Virus record (IMG/VR): IMGVR_UViG_3300032243_000867
Span: 201,896-265,895 of that record
Source: a virus
Taxonomy: Duplodnaviria; Caudoviricetes
DNA: 64,000 bases
Reading direction: 5' to 3' (one strand)
A program made the position numbers and the translations under genes. The notes below the pieces were generated by a model. It did not search any database and was not told where the DNA came from. It saw nothing but the letters and a program-made list of their open reading frames with translations. Below are positions 49,961-58,189 of this stretch, in pieces; positions within the stretch are counted from its first letter, which is position 1; each line of letters starts with the position of its first letter.

Positions 49961-50347
49961 TCACATTTCTGTAGGCCCATGCAGGAACCACGGGGTGAGG
50001 GCCGGGACGTACTCGACCTTGGGGTGTGGGGGCTCCGAGCCCGTGCGCTTCTTGACTTTGGCGAGCACGTCTTCAAGGGACCGCCCGACGTGGACGAAAT
50101 CGTCCAAGGGCCACACGAGGTGGTCGCCGTAGTGCCAAGCGGTGCCCGCGCGCACGGGGACCATCACCTTCTTCGCCCCCGGTTGGCACTCCGCGAGGTT
50201 CCACGGAGACACCTGTCCCATGCGCTTTCCCCCGCCGGGTTCGGCCCATGCGGGGCAGTAGGGGCACGTCCAGAAATCTGTGTTCTTGTAGAGCTTTTCA
50301 CAGGGAGTGCCACACAACGGGCACGTCCAGAAATGATCGCAGTTCAT
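49961..50347 (-). CDS. Zinc-finger protein
   Basis: Duplicated FWTCPxC motifs. Confidence 0.6.
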   Translation of the reverse strand: MNCDHFWTCPLCGTPCEKLYKNTDFWTCPYCPAWAEPGGGKRMGQVSPWNLAECQPGAKKVMVPVRAGTAWHYGDHLVWPLDDFVHVGRSLEDVLAKVKKRTGSEPPHPKVEYVPALTPWFLHGPTEM

Positions 50348-50562
50348 AGGCCAACTTTCGACGGGTCACGGGGTTCCCTTCCCCGAAGGGCGCACCGAAA
50401 CCCGGCATCGTCGAGACGGCACGCAGGCCCGTACGTGTCGCGAGACGCGGCGCGCACCCTCGACGGTACGTTGCTGTACCAACCGCCGCCGCGTTGGACG
50501 CGAAGGCGGGTGTCGGTCGGGTTTGTTTCGTAGGGAGCGGGGGTCTTTCGTGATCTTGCCAT
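50344..50562 (-). CDS. Stand-alone DGR-type variable-region mini-protein C15
   Basis: MARSRKTPAPYETNPTDTRLRVQRGGGWYSNVPSRVRAASRDTYGPACRLDDAGFRCALRGREPRDPSKVGL; GGGCGTAA 7 nt upstream. Confidence 0.8.
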   Translation of the reverse strand: MARSRKTPAPYETNPTDTRLRVQRGGGWYSNVPSRVRAASRDTYGPACRLDDAGFRCALRGREPRDPSKVGL

Positions 50563-50569
50563 ACCCCCG

Positions 50570-50577
50570 TTACGCCC
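50570..50577 (-). promoter_or_regulatory. GGGCGTAA motif
   Basis: 7 nt upstream of ATG 50562. Confidence 0.55.
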
Positions 50578-50611
50578 TACAGGTCTTCGGGGTCTTCCAA
50601 CATCGCCCCCG

Positions 50612-51055
50612 TCAGAACGTCGCACGTCGCACGTTGGCGAAGGGTAGATTCGTGAGGTCGGCCTCTACGCGGGGAGAGTACTCGGTGGAACCGCAGAAGG
50701 GGCAGGGCTCGCCCGTGTCATGGGCGACATGGTGACACTGCGCGCAGAAGTGCTCCGTGATGCACCCCTCGTCGTCGCACGCATAACACCGCTGTCCCAC
50801 CGTGTGGATGTACGTCCGGGTGGCGATAGCGCCGCACTCGCCGCACTTGGGGAGGTGCTGGCGCAGCAAGGAATCCATCGCCTCGACACGGCGTACCAAC
50901 TCCCGTGCGATCTCCAAGATCTCCGGTCCCGAGGAGTCCACGGGCGCACCGAGGGCTTCACCGATGGCGATGATCTCGTCCAAGTGACGGGCGTCGTCCC
51001 GCAGGGCTTGTTCCAGCAGTTCTTCTTGGGGGGAGTGAATCCGTCGCGGGGTCAC
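50612..51055 (-). CDS. Cys-rich zinc-finger protein
   Basis: CGEC, CYAC, CAQC, CPFC motifs. Confidence 0.65.
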   Translation of the reverse strand: MTPRRIHSPQEELLEQALRDDARHLDEIIAIGEALGAPVDSSGPEILEIARELVRRVEAMDSLLRQHLPKCGECGAIATRTYIHTVGQRCYACDDEGCITEHFCAQCHHVAHDTGEPCPFCGSTEYSPRVEADLTNLPFANVRRATF

Positions 51056-51405
51056 GGTTCACCCCGCTTGGCCCGCAGCTTGGCGCAGTGATCTTCCCAC
51101 ACCCTCGCGGACTCTTCGTCTGACAGGGGCTCTACTTCCACGGTCACCTTCACCCGCATCACCGGGAGGGCCTTGCGGGCGGTGAGTTCGCGGTACTCGT
51201 CCCTCAAGTCCTTGAAGTAGCCGTCCTCGTCCACCTCGTCCTCAAACGCCATAGGGGCCGACGCACGGACGGTTGAACCCCCTGCGTCGAGGACGAAGGC
51301 GCTGATGCCCTTCATCACGGTCTCGTCGGTCCCGAGCCCGTAGATGTAGTTCTCCTCGTAGTCGGCCACGCACAGGGCGTGGCCCTCAAACTTGCTCGTG
51401 CCCAT
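51052..51405 (-). CDS. Hypothetical acidic protein
   Basis: Start reassigned to ATG 51405 (TGATG overlap). Confidence 0.6.
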   Translation of the reverse strand: MGTSKFEGHALCVADYEENYIYGLGTDETVMKGISAFVLDAGGSTVRASAPMAFEDEVDEDGYFKDLRDEYRELTARKALPVMRVKVTVEVEPLSDEESARVWEDHCAKLRAKRGEP

Positions 51406-51944
51406 CACTTCGCACGATACACAGAGAGCCCGTCGTGAATCCCCGACCACTGAGGAAGGCAGACGCACTGCTCCTCGCTCCAGTGCTCGTCGAGGATGCG
51501 ATGGAACTCGTCGTCGGCGGTGCAGCCCCCGGAGCCCTCACCGACGTACACGAGGGTGCTCCCGCCCGCCTCCATGAAGCGAAGGAGGCACTCCGTGCCC
51601 ATCGGCGTGGCATACGGGGGCCACACCAACATGAGCGCGTGGTCCTTGTGCGCGCGGGTGATTACGTCGCACGTCCCCTCCGACACGGGGTGCCAGAGCT
51701 TGCCCGTGGCCCCATCAGAATGGTCTCCCGGTTCGCGGTCGTAGCACTCGACGGTGCCGCCCGCTTCGGCAATGAGGCTGGCCCAGTAGCCGTTCCCGGC
51801 CCCAAGCTCGATGACGGGTTTGCAGAGTCCGACGATGGTCGCGATGGCACGGTCGTCGGGGATCGCCCATGCGTACTCGGCCACGAGGGCGGCACGGGCA
51901 CTCCACCCTCGCTCCCGTTGGGCGCGGAGTTCGTAGGCGTTCAT
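51405..51944 (-). CDS. Class I SAM-dependent methyltransferase-like protein
   Basis: YAWAIPD...VIELGAGNGYWASL...LMLVWPP...LVYVGEGSGGCTA. Confidence 0.8.
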   Translation of the reverse strand: MNAYELRAQRERGWSARAALVAEYAWAIPDDRAIATIVGLCKPVIELGAGNGYWASLIAEAGGTVECYDREPGDHSDGATGKLWHPVSEGTCDVITRAHKDHALMLVWPPYATPMGTECLLRFMEAGGSTLVYVGEGSGGCTADDEFHRILDEHWSEEQCVCLPQWSGIHDGLSVYRAK

Positions 51945-52138
51945 GCACGCACCGCGTGACCTTTGCAGGGCTCGTTTGCCGCCGCTTGCCCCGGTTCTGT
52001 TGACAGGTAGTACAGGGTGTAGTGAGCCCCGCACTTCTCACAGCAGATACGGGTCGGGAGGCTGGACCCGCCGTGGAGCTCCAGCCCCGGCTTCACCCTC
52101 CAGACGTGCGCCCCGTCGTCGATTTTGGACTCACTCAC
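51941..52138 (-). CDS. Small hypothetical protein sharing its first codons with cassette C13
   Basis: VSESKIDDG...CCEKCG; GTGA overlap with C14. Confidence 0.55.
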   Translation of the reverse strand: MSESKIDDGAHVWRVKPGLELHGGSSLPTRICCEKCGAHYTLYYLSTEPGQAAANEPCKGHAVRA

Positions 52139-52326
52139 GGTTTTACTTTCCTCTCACATCCCACACGCGCGCACCGAAACCCCAGGTTGTCGAACCGGTA
52201 CGTCGGACCGTCCCCGCGACGGTCCGCGACGCGCACCCTCGACGGATAGCTGACGCCCCAGCTACCGCCGTGGCTGAGGCGGTGAAGGGTGTCGGAGGTG
52301 GGTTGCTTGGTGGTGGGGGGGTTCAT
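52135..52326 (-). CDS. DGR-type variable-region mini-protein C14
   Basis: MNPPTTKQPTSDTLHRLSHGGSWGVSYPSRVRVADRRGDGPTYRFDNLGFRCARVGCERKVKP. Confidence 0.8.
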   Translation of the reverse strand: MNPPTTKQPTSDTLHRLSHGGSWGVSYPSRVRVADRRGDGPTYRFDNLGFRCARVGCERKVKP

Positions 52327-52334
52327 ACGGGTAC

Positions 52335-52342
52335 TTACGCCC
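52335..52342 (-). promoter_or_regulatory. GGGCGTAA motif
   Basis: 8 nt upstream of the C14 ATG; its TAA is the C13 stop. Confidence 0.5.
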
Positions 52343-52505
52343 GGGGTTCCCTTCCCCGCAGCGCGCACCGAAAACCGAGGCTGCTGTCCCGGAGCGTCGG
52401 CCCGATCCTGTTACGGAACGCGACGCGCACCCTCGACGGATCGCGGTCGTCCCAGCCACCGCCGCGGAAGACGCGGAGGCGGGTGTCGGTCTTGGACTCA
52501 CTCAC
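52335..52505 (-). CDS. DGR-type variable-region mini-protein C13
   Basis: VSESKTDTRLRVFRGGGWDDRDPSRVRVAFRNRIGPTLRDSSLGFRCALRGREPRA; GTGA overlap. Confidence 0.8.
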   Translation of the reverse strand: MSESKTDTRLRVFRGGGWDDRDPSRVRVAFRNRIGPTLRDSSLGFRCALRGREPRA

Positions 52506-52933
52506 GGCTTCACCACGGGCCACGGCACGAGGTTGCCGTCCCAATCAATCGACCGCCAGTACCACACATGGAGTCGGGGGTTCTTTCGCTGGTAGGCGGC
52601 GTACTTCTTGGCCGTCTCGCCGCCCATCACCCGGCAACACGGGCCACCAGAGCGGTGGTCGAAGCTGACCAAGAAGTCCCCTCCGTTGTCGTCGTGCGCG
52701 TCCACCTCCTCGTCGGTGGGGGGCACCGTGCGGTAGTCCTTCGCAGTGAGGGTGGCCTCTCGCAGCACCGTGCGGGCATCGAGCACCTCGATGCCCAAGA
52801 GCTTCCCGTCCGCGTCGTAGTCGATCACGAACGGGCCGTGGGTGTCCCGTCGCACGGACTCACTGGGACGGGTGCCGTCCGGGTTGACGTGCAGGTAGGC
52901 GGCGTTGGCTTCGGCGTCGTATGTGAGTCTCAT
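52502..52933 (-). CDS. DUF2283-like domain protein
   Basis: MRLTYDAEANAAYL...FVIDYDADGKLLGIEVLDA. Confidence 0.75.
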   Translation of the reverse strand: MRLTYDAEANAAYLHVNPDGTRPSESVRRDTHGPFVIDYDADGKLLGIEVLDARTVLREATLTAKDYRTVPPTDEEVDAHDDNGGDFLVSFDHRSGGPCCRVMGGETAKKYAAYQRKNPRLHVWYWRSIDWDGNLVPWPVVKP

Positions 52934-52957
52934 GGCTCTTTTAGAAGATACCGCGGG

Positions 52958-53119
52958 TCATCGCGGCATCTTTCCCGGTAGGTGCGTGCGAAAGCCCAGC
53001 GCACTGTTACATCCCGAGGGCACGCGCGAATGGCGAGCAGACGCGAGCACCCACGACGGATCGTCGTAGAGCCAAGGGCTACTGCGGAAGACGCGAAAGG
53101 CTTTGACCGACGGCTTCAC
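52958..53119 (-). CDS. DGR-type variable-region mini-protein C12 (GFRTHL subfamily; not in the ORF track)
   Basis: Manual translation VKPSVKAFRVFRSSPWLYDDPSWVLASARHSRVPSGCNSALGFRTHLPGKMPR; GTGA overlap. Confidence 0.72.
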   Translation of the reverse strand: MKPSVKAFRVFRSSPWLYDDPSWVLASARHSRVPSGCNSALGFRTHLPGKMPR

Positions 53120-53625
53120 GGCTTCGCCCACGCCTCCGCGAGCACCTCCGCAGGGGCCACGTCACCGTGTCGGGTGGCGAGGTCCGTGGCCCACTCCATC
53201 ACCAGACGCGGGTAATCCCGTGCCTCGGTCCCGTAGGGGACCAGCACCGCCGGGATCACCCCCATCGGGTCGCCGCCGCACTCGCGCGCCGTGGGGTGAT
53301 CGTAGGTATCGAACGCGGTGCGGGACGGGTCACCGGGCCACGGGATCTCCCCGGTCTTCGTCCACCCCCGCGCCACCAGCACCCGCCGCATCGCGTCGGG
53401 CGAGGTGGCCTTGAGGGAGTCCTTGTCGAGACCCGCGAGGGCACGAACCGCACGGAGCAACTGCCCCTGCCCCGCCGCCTCGTGACGGTAGAGGGCAGCT
53501 TGGGCGCGGTGTACCGTGGCTTCACAGTAACGGAGGTCACGGGGTGTCAGCTTCCCTTGGGCAAACAGTTCCGTGCCTTCCGCGAGGTCTTCGAGGGCTT
53601 GGGCGAGGGGGAGCTTCGGGTCCAT
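53116..53625 (-). CDS. Hypothetical protein
   Basis: 169-aa ORF, GGGCGTAA 8 nt upstream. Confidence 0.7.
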   Translation of the reverse strand: MDPKLPLAQALEDLAEGTELFAQGKLTPRDLRYCEATVHRAQAALYRHEAAGQGQLLRAVRALAGLDKDSLKATSPDAMRRVLVARGWTKTGEIPWPGDPSRTAFDTYDHPTARECGGDPMGVIPAVLVPYGTEARDYPRLVMEWATDLATRHGDVAPAEVLAEAWAKP

Positions 53626-53633
53626 GCCCGACG

Positions 53634-53641
53634 TTACGCCC
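53634..53641 (-). promoter_or_regulatory. GGGCGTAA motif
   Basis: 8 nt upstream of ATG 53625. Confidence 0.55.
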
Positions 53642-53807
53642 GTGGATGGGAGTCGTGACTGCGATTGAGGGTGGGACGTTCTACTACGAGAACGAACACG
53701 GGTCGGAAGTAGCTGGCGGTGACCCTACGGCATGGTGGCGATGAACTAGGGGGTCATCCGGCTGGCCCATGCCAACCCGGCGTTGCGACCGCACCTGTTG
53801 CCGTTGC

Positions 53808-54026
53808 TCACCCGTTGGTGAGCAGGGAGACCACGGCGGGACCGTGCTTCAGCGGGCACGTCTCCCATGCCCCGGTCGTGTACGGGTACACGCCGAAGAG
53901 AGCGCCCGTGAGGCGGCACTCTGGCGGGTGACCGTCGATGGCCACGGAGTCGTCGCGGAAGGGGCACGAGTTGCACCCTTCGACGGACACCCCCGTCACC
54001 GTCACCGTAGGCACCTTGGGGGTCAC
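53808..54026 (-). CDS. Small Cys-containing protein
   Basis: VTPKVPTV...GCNSCPF...PECRL...TCPL; GTGA overlap. Confidence 0.55.
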   Translation of the reverse strand: MTPKVPTVTVTGVSVEGCNSCPFRDDSVAIDGHPPECRLTGALFGVYPYTTGAWETCPLKHGPAVVSLLTNG

Positions 54027-55576
54027 CGCAGCAGCTTCGCGGCTTGATCGAGGGTGACCTTGCCCGCTGCGAGAAGTCCCAGCGCCCAGTTCGTCCGGGC
54101 CGCGTCCTTCAGCCCCAGAACGTCCCGAGCCTGTTCGACGGTGAACACCCCATCGCGGACGGCTTCCAGCGTCCACACCCGCTCGTCGCCCGTCTCGGTA
54201 GCCGGGGCGGGCGGGGGGAGGACACCGAGCTTCTCGGCGGCGAAGTCGAACGCCTCCGAGAGATTGCGGCACTTCCGCCACTTCTCTTCGATGAGGTCGA
54301 AGGCTTGGCGGGGGACGCCAATATCGTCGCCGTGCTTCCGCACCAGCGGGTGGTCGGACACCCCTTGGTACACGCTGGCGACGTGAATGTGGAGCTCGCT
54401 GGCCAGATCTTCCAGCGAGACCATCTCCCACACCGGGTCACGGTCCACCACGTCGGGCGTCCCGTCCGTCTCACCCGCTTCCTCCGGGGTCAGCGGGGCG
54501 ATGTGGTCGGTCCACGAAGTCTCGCTGGGCACGGAGGTCGGGGGCACAGGTGCGCCCGCACGCTTGAGGGCTTCCTCGACGGTGAGGCCCGACTCCCGCA
54601 GGGCGCGGATGCGCTTGAGGTCGGCACGGGTGAGGCACCACTTGCCGTCTACCTTCACGGCAGGGAACCCATCGCGGTTGATGGCCGTGAGCAGGATGCC
54701 CGTGTCCGTCAAGCCCAGCGCAGCGGCAGCTTCCTCGACGGTGAAGGCGTCCATCGCGTCGGAGTTGGGGTCGTCCAGCGTCGGGGCTTCCTGCTTCTTT
54801 TCGATGGGGAAGGGTCCCTTCAAGAAGGGGTTGGGGATGTATCCCTCGCGGACCTTGCGAGGGTCGGGCTCCGCTCCCGTAACGGCGGCGGTGGGCGGCG
54901 CTTCGGGCGCGTACAGGTGCTCGGCGGACACGATGGGGATCTCCGCGAACTTTTGTCGGACGGCCTCGCACGCCGCGTGAAACAGCAGCCCGTCAGACAT
55001 GGCTTCGTGAAGGGCCATGAACACTTCACGGCGGATCTCCCCGCCGTGCGAGGGGAGAAGCCCGGTATCGAGAGCCCCCTTGGCCACGACCGCCGACACT
55101 TGGAAGGTATCCGCGAGGTCGTCGGCACGGAACACCGTCTGCGTGAACACGGGCACCCGGTAATGCCGGGGCACGGTGTAATGCCGGGGCACGGTCGCCT
55201 TGGGGTCGGGCTTCACGAAGTTCGGGGCGGGTGCAGGGCGCGGCGGAACCACGGGCGGGGCAGGGGCGGTGTCGATCTCGTCCAGCCACGACTTCCCCGT
55301 GGTGGGCGAAGGTGCGACGGCGTCGGACTCACGGGCGACCTCCTCGGCGTTCGCACGGCTGAGGTCCAGGTAGACGGGGGTGCGGCGCGAAGCCTGGTCC
55401 CGGTGCGTGCGGCACAGGTGCGTCAGATATGCTTTGATGGAACGGTCGGGGGCGCTGGGAACTTCGGCCCGGAGGGAGGAGAAAAATTCCTCGGCGGTGG
55501 CAGTGTTCTGGAACGCCCGTTCGACGGCTTGCTTCTCGGCATCGGACCACTTGGACTTGGGACGAAACTCTGACAT
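54023..55576 (-). CDS. Multi-HTH (excisionase/MerR-like) DNA-binding protein
   Basis: FTVEEAAAALGL...FPAVKVDGKWCLTRADL, SLEDLASELHIHVASVY, FTVEQARDVLGL. Confidence 0.7.
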   Translation of the reverse strand: MSEFRPKSKWSDAEKQAVERAFQNTATAEEFFSSLRAEVPSAPDRSIKAYLTHLCRTHRDQASRRTPVYLDLSRANAEEVARESDAVAPSPTTGKSWLDEIDTAPAPPVVPPRPAPAPNFVKPDPKATVPRHYTVPRHYRVPVFTQTVFRADDLADTFQVSAVVAKGALDTGLLPSHGGEIRREVFMALHEAMSDGLLFHAACEAVRQKFAEIPIVSAEHLYAPEAPPTAAVTGAEPDPRKVREGYIPNPFLKGPFPIEKKQEAPTLDDPNSDAMDAFTVEEAAAALGLTDTGILLTAINRDGFPAVKVDGKWCLTRADLKRIRALRESGLTVEEALKRAGAPVPPTSVPSETSWTDHIAPLTPEEAGETDGTPDVVDRDPVWEMVSLEDLASELHIHVASVYQGVSDHPLVRKHGDDIGVPRQAFDLIEEKWRKCRNLSEAFDFAAEKLGVLPPPAPATETGDERVWTLEAVRDGVFTVEQARDVLGLKDAARTNWALGLLAAGKVTLDQAAKLLR

Positions 55577-55627
55577 GGGTACTCCTGCGCCCCGGAGGGA
55601 TTGTCAACCAAGGTGGGGCGAGAACCT

Positions 55628-55635
55628 TTACGCCC
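55628..55635 (-). promoter_or_regulatory. GGGCGTAA motif
   Basis: Left motif of a divergent pair; 51 nt upstream of start 55576. Confidence 0.5.
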
Positions 55636-55724
55636 GATCCGTCATCCATTTGATGACCCCCCCCGGTTCTCTCGCTAGGGGTGCCGAGAAGCCCCTGGCA
55701 CCCCTCCCCCCCCCGACCACCACA

Positions 55725-55732
55725 GGGCGTAA
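55725..55732 (+). promoter_or_regulatory. GGGCGTAA motif
   Basis: 9 nt upstream of ATG 55742. Confidence 0.55.
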
Positions 55733-55741
55733 GCTAACCCC

Positions 55742-56164
55742 ATGAAGCTCATCCCCGCCCTCTTCGCAGCCCTCGCCTACACAGGGGCACAGCGCCTCCA
55801 ACGCCTCGCCCACCGCATCGAACCCAACCTCCCCGCCCGTATCTACGTCACGGGTGACCTGTGGTGTCACCTCCCCGACCGCAAGCGCCTCGTGCTCTCA
55901 CGATGCTCGATGCCCGAAGAGGTCCGCGCCGTCCACCGCCACCCGCTGTTCACCGTCGCCGTGGTCGAAGAACCCGACGGCGAAATGTCAGCCCTGTTCC
56001 TCATCAACGCCAACGAGTCCCCCTACGTGATGTGGGGCCGGGACGAAGACGGCTACGAGATCAACGAGGACGACATCCCCGACGCACCCGAGGCAGACAT
56101 GGACGCCCTCATCCGCGCCGCCAGCAGCCTCCCCAAGAACGACCCCTCCTCCCTGCTCAACTGA
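55742..56164 (+). CDS. Hypothetical protein
   Basis: 140-aa ORF after the motif. Confidence 0.65.
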   Translation: MKLIPALFAALAYTGAQRLQRLAHRIEPNLPARIYVTGDLWCHLPDRKRLVLSRCSMPEEVRAVHRHPLFTVAVVEEPDGEMSALFLINANESPYVMWGRDEDGYEINEDDIPDAPEADMDALIRAASSLPKNDPSSLLN

Positions 56165-56243
56165 CAGCGCGCCACGGGCAACCCCTACCGAGAAACAACC
56201 GCGACGCCCGAAGCCCGCCAAACATACGAAGCACTGGCCTTCG

Positions 56244-56251
56244 GGGCGTAA
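56244..56251 (+). promoter_or_regulatory. GGGCGTAA motif
   Basis: 9 nt upstream of ATG 56261. Confidence 0.55.
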
Positions 56252-56260
56252 CACCCCGCC

Positions 56261-56998
56261 ATGACACCCACCGCGTACATACAAGCGGGCACCGTGAAAG
56301 GCTACCTCTCAGAGTCGTGCGCCCTCGCGGCAGCAGACCTCACCCTCCGAGGCTACCGGGTGATCCCCTTCGCCCGTAACAAACTCCCCCCCACCGTCAC
56401 CCCCGACACCCCCGTGAAAGGAGACACGGGAGCCGTGAAGGCCATCTACGAATGGACCTTCAAGACCCCCTACCCCAACGTGGACATCCCCACGGCCCTC
56501 AAACCCCTCGCCCACCGTAGGGTGTGGAAAACCACGCTGGGCGTACTGCGGGCACGGGAACGAGCACACCCCCATAGCACAGAGAAAATCTTCGTGAAGC
56601 CCCTCAACGAAGCCAAGGCGTTCCACGCGAGGGGTTTCCGGTACGCCGCCAACGGCCTCTGCCTGTTCCCAGACGACTACCCGATCCTCGCCCAAGAGTA
56701 CCTGCACTTCAGCCGCGAGGAACGGTTCTTCATCGGACCCCGGGGCGTCCGTAAAGACCCCACCCAGCACCGAGAACTCCGTGCCTACGCCGAGAAAGCG
56801 TACCGGGCGTGGAAAGCCGAAGCCCCCGGAGCCTACGTCCTCGACGTGGGATGGTGCGGCAAAGGACACCCCGCCGTCGTCGAAGTCAACAGCGTGCTCA
56901 CCGCAGGACGCTTCGACATGGTCACCAACCCCGGTGCCCTGCTCATCGCAGCGTGGAAGAGCTACGCCCACTACGCAGAACACGGAACCTTCCGGTAA
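56261..56998 (+). CDS. ATP-grasp domain protein (R2K/DUF4343-like)
   Basis: IPTALKPLAHRRVWKTTL, IFVKP, AQEYLHFSREERFFI, AYVLDVG...VVEVN. Confidence 0.75.
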   Translation: MTPTAYIQAGTVKGYLSESCALAAADLTLRGYRVIPFARNKLPPTVTPDTPVKGDTGAVKAIYEWTFKTPYPNVDIPTALKPLAHRRVWKTTLGVLRARERAHPHSTEKIFVKPLNEAKAFHARGFRYAANGLCLFPDDYPILAQEYLHFSREERFFIGPRGVRKDPTQHRELRAYAEKAYRAWKAEAPGAYVLDVGWCGKGHPAVVEVNSVLTAGRFDMVTNPGALLIAAWKSYAHYAEHGTFR

Positions 56999-57022
56999 CG
57001 AAACTATCGGCACCCCCCCGGT

Positions 57023-57520
57023 ATGCACCCCCACGAAGCCGCATTCCTAGACTTCCTGAAGAAACGCCCCGCCGCCCCCACGAAGAATCGTTCCGGCGTG
57101 CTCCCCTCCCTCGTGCTACCGGGGCAACCTACGGGACCGCTCGCCCGAGCCCTGAACACGGTGCGAACGCAAGGGACGCAATCCGTCAAGGTCACCGATT
57201 GGGAAACCCGCGACAACGGGGGCACCCTGATCGTGGACTTCGACGTGTACTACGAAGCACCCTCGCAACTTATCAACTACGAGAGATCCTACCAACGGGC
57301 GCTGCAACCCCTCGCAAGGGAAATCTCGGAACTACTCAACGCCCCCGCCACCGTCACCGTGAACTATGACATGGAACGGTCCCTTAGCGAAGAACTAGAC
57401 CCCGAGTTCGGTGCCCCCTACCGGGTGACCCTCAAAGTCCCCCGAGGTGCCGCTACCAACCCGATGCAACCGTCCCCCCTGCGGGTAGCCCGCCGGTACG
57501 CCTCGCGCACCCGCCGCTAG
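57023..57520 (+). CDS. Hypothetical protein ending in RVARRY
   Basis: 165-aa ORF. Confidence 0.6.
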   Translation: MHPHEAAFLDFLKKRPAAPTKNRSGVLPSLVLPGQPTGPLARALNTVRTQGTQSVKVTDWETRDNGGTLIVDFDVYYEAPSQLINYERSYQRALQPLAREISELLNAPATVTVNYDMERSLSEELDPEFGAPYRVTLKVPRGAATNPMQPSPLRVARRYASRTRR

Positions 57521-57717
57521 TACCCGTCCCGATACCAGCCCCCGCCCTTCAGTAAGAACCCCGCACCCGTAGACGGAACGATCAACCGTCGAACGGCACC
57601 GTTGCACACACCCTCACCCACGGAGACGGTACACACCGTGTCGGAAGGATCCGTGATGCGCTGCACCTTCTCGTACTGAATGTGGCACTTCGGGCACTGG
57701 TAGGTGTAGGTCGGCAT
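57517..57717 (-). CDS. FmdB-family zinc-ribbon protein
   Basis: MPTYTYQCPKCH...C...CNG...FLLKGGGWYRDGY. Confidence 0.85.
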   Translation of the reverse strand: MPTYTYQCPKCHIQYEKVQRITDPSDTVCTVSVGEGVCNGAVRRLIVPSTGAGFLLKGGGWYRDGY

Positions 57718-58189
57718 ATAAACCTTCCTTGAGTTGAAAATTCGGTTACTATACCGCCCCGTTGCGAAGACAGGGAAAGGGAGAGAGAAGAGAGGGAGTT
57801 CGAGGGAGTCCGCTATCATCCCCGAGAAGAGGCAAGGGGGACGGTCGGGCGGATAAACCGTGGGAATCCCGTCAAAACAAGGGCGGGGGGCGGTATGTGC
57901 AAGGGTGTATTACCTTCGCCCCGGCCTAGTTCCTACACCTGCCGCGAAGCGGCACCTGTGGGAACGATGGCCGATGGCTTGGGTTCGAGACGGTACATAG
58001 GGGTGCGGGGTCTGAACCCGCGTCGAAGTCAGGAGAAAAAAAATGCAAGCGGAAAACGGCGCGGTTTCCGGGTCTTTCATCTGGAATCACTGGAGCGTAG
58101 AGGTTCCCTTTCGTTCTCGTCGGGTCCTTCCTCGTCGGGGTTCTTCGGTACGGGTTCTTCCCGGCAATCCGTCTCTTCCTCTGCGGGTG

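Noticed and set aside
53642-53811. Additional VR cassette ending in PRA-stop before 53634
   Set aside because: No frame gives RGGSW- or GFR-like motifs together with a start codon
54044-55573. Long antisense ORFs (also 19535-20986, 5102-6295, 37825-39297 and similar)
   Set aside because: They are shadow frames of high-GC genes, with Arg/Gly/Val-rich translations, no motifs, and full overlap with better-supported genes
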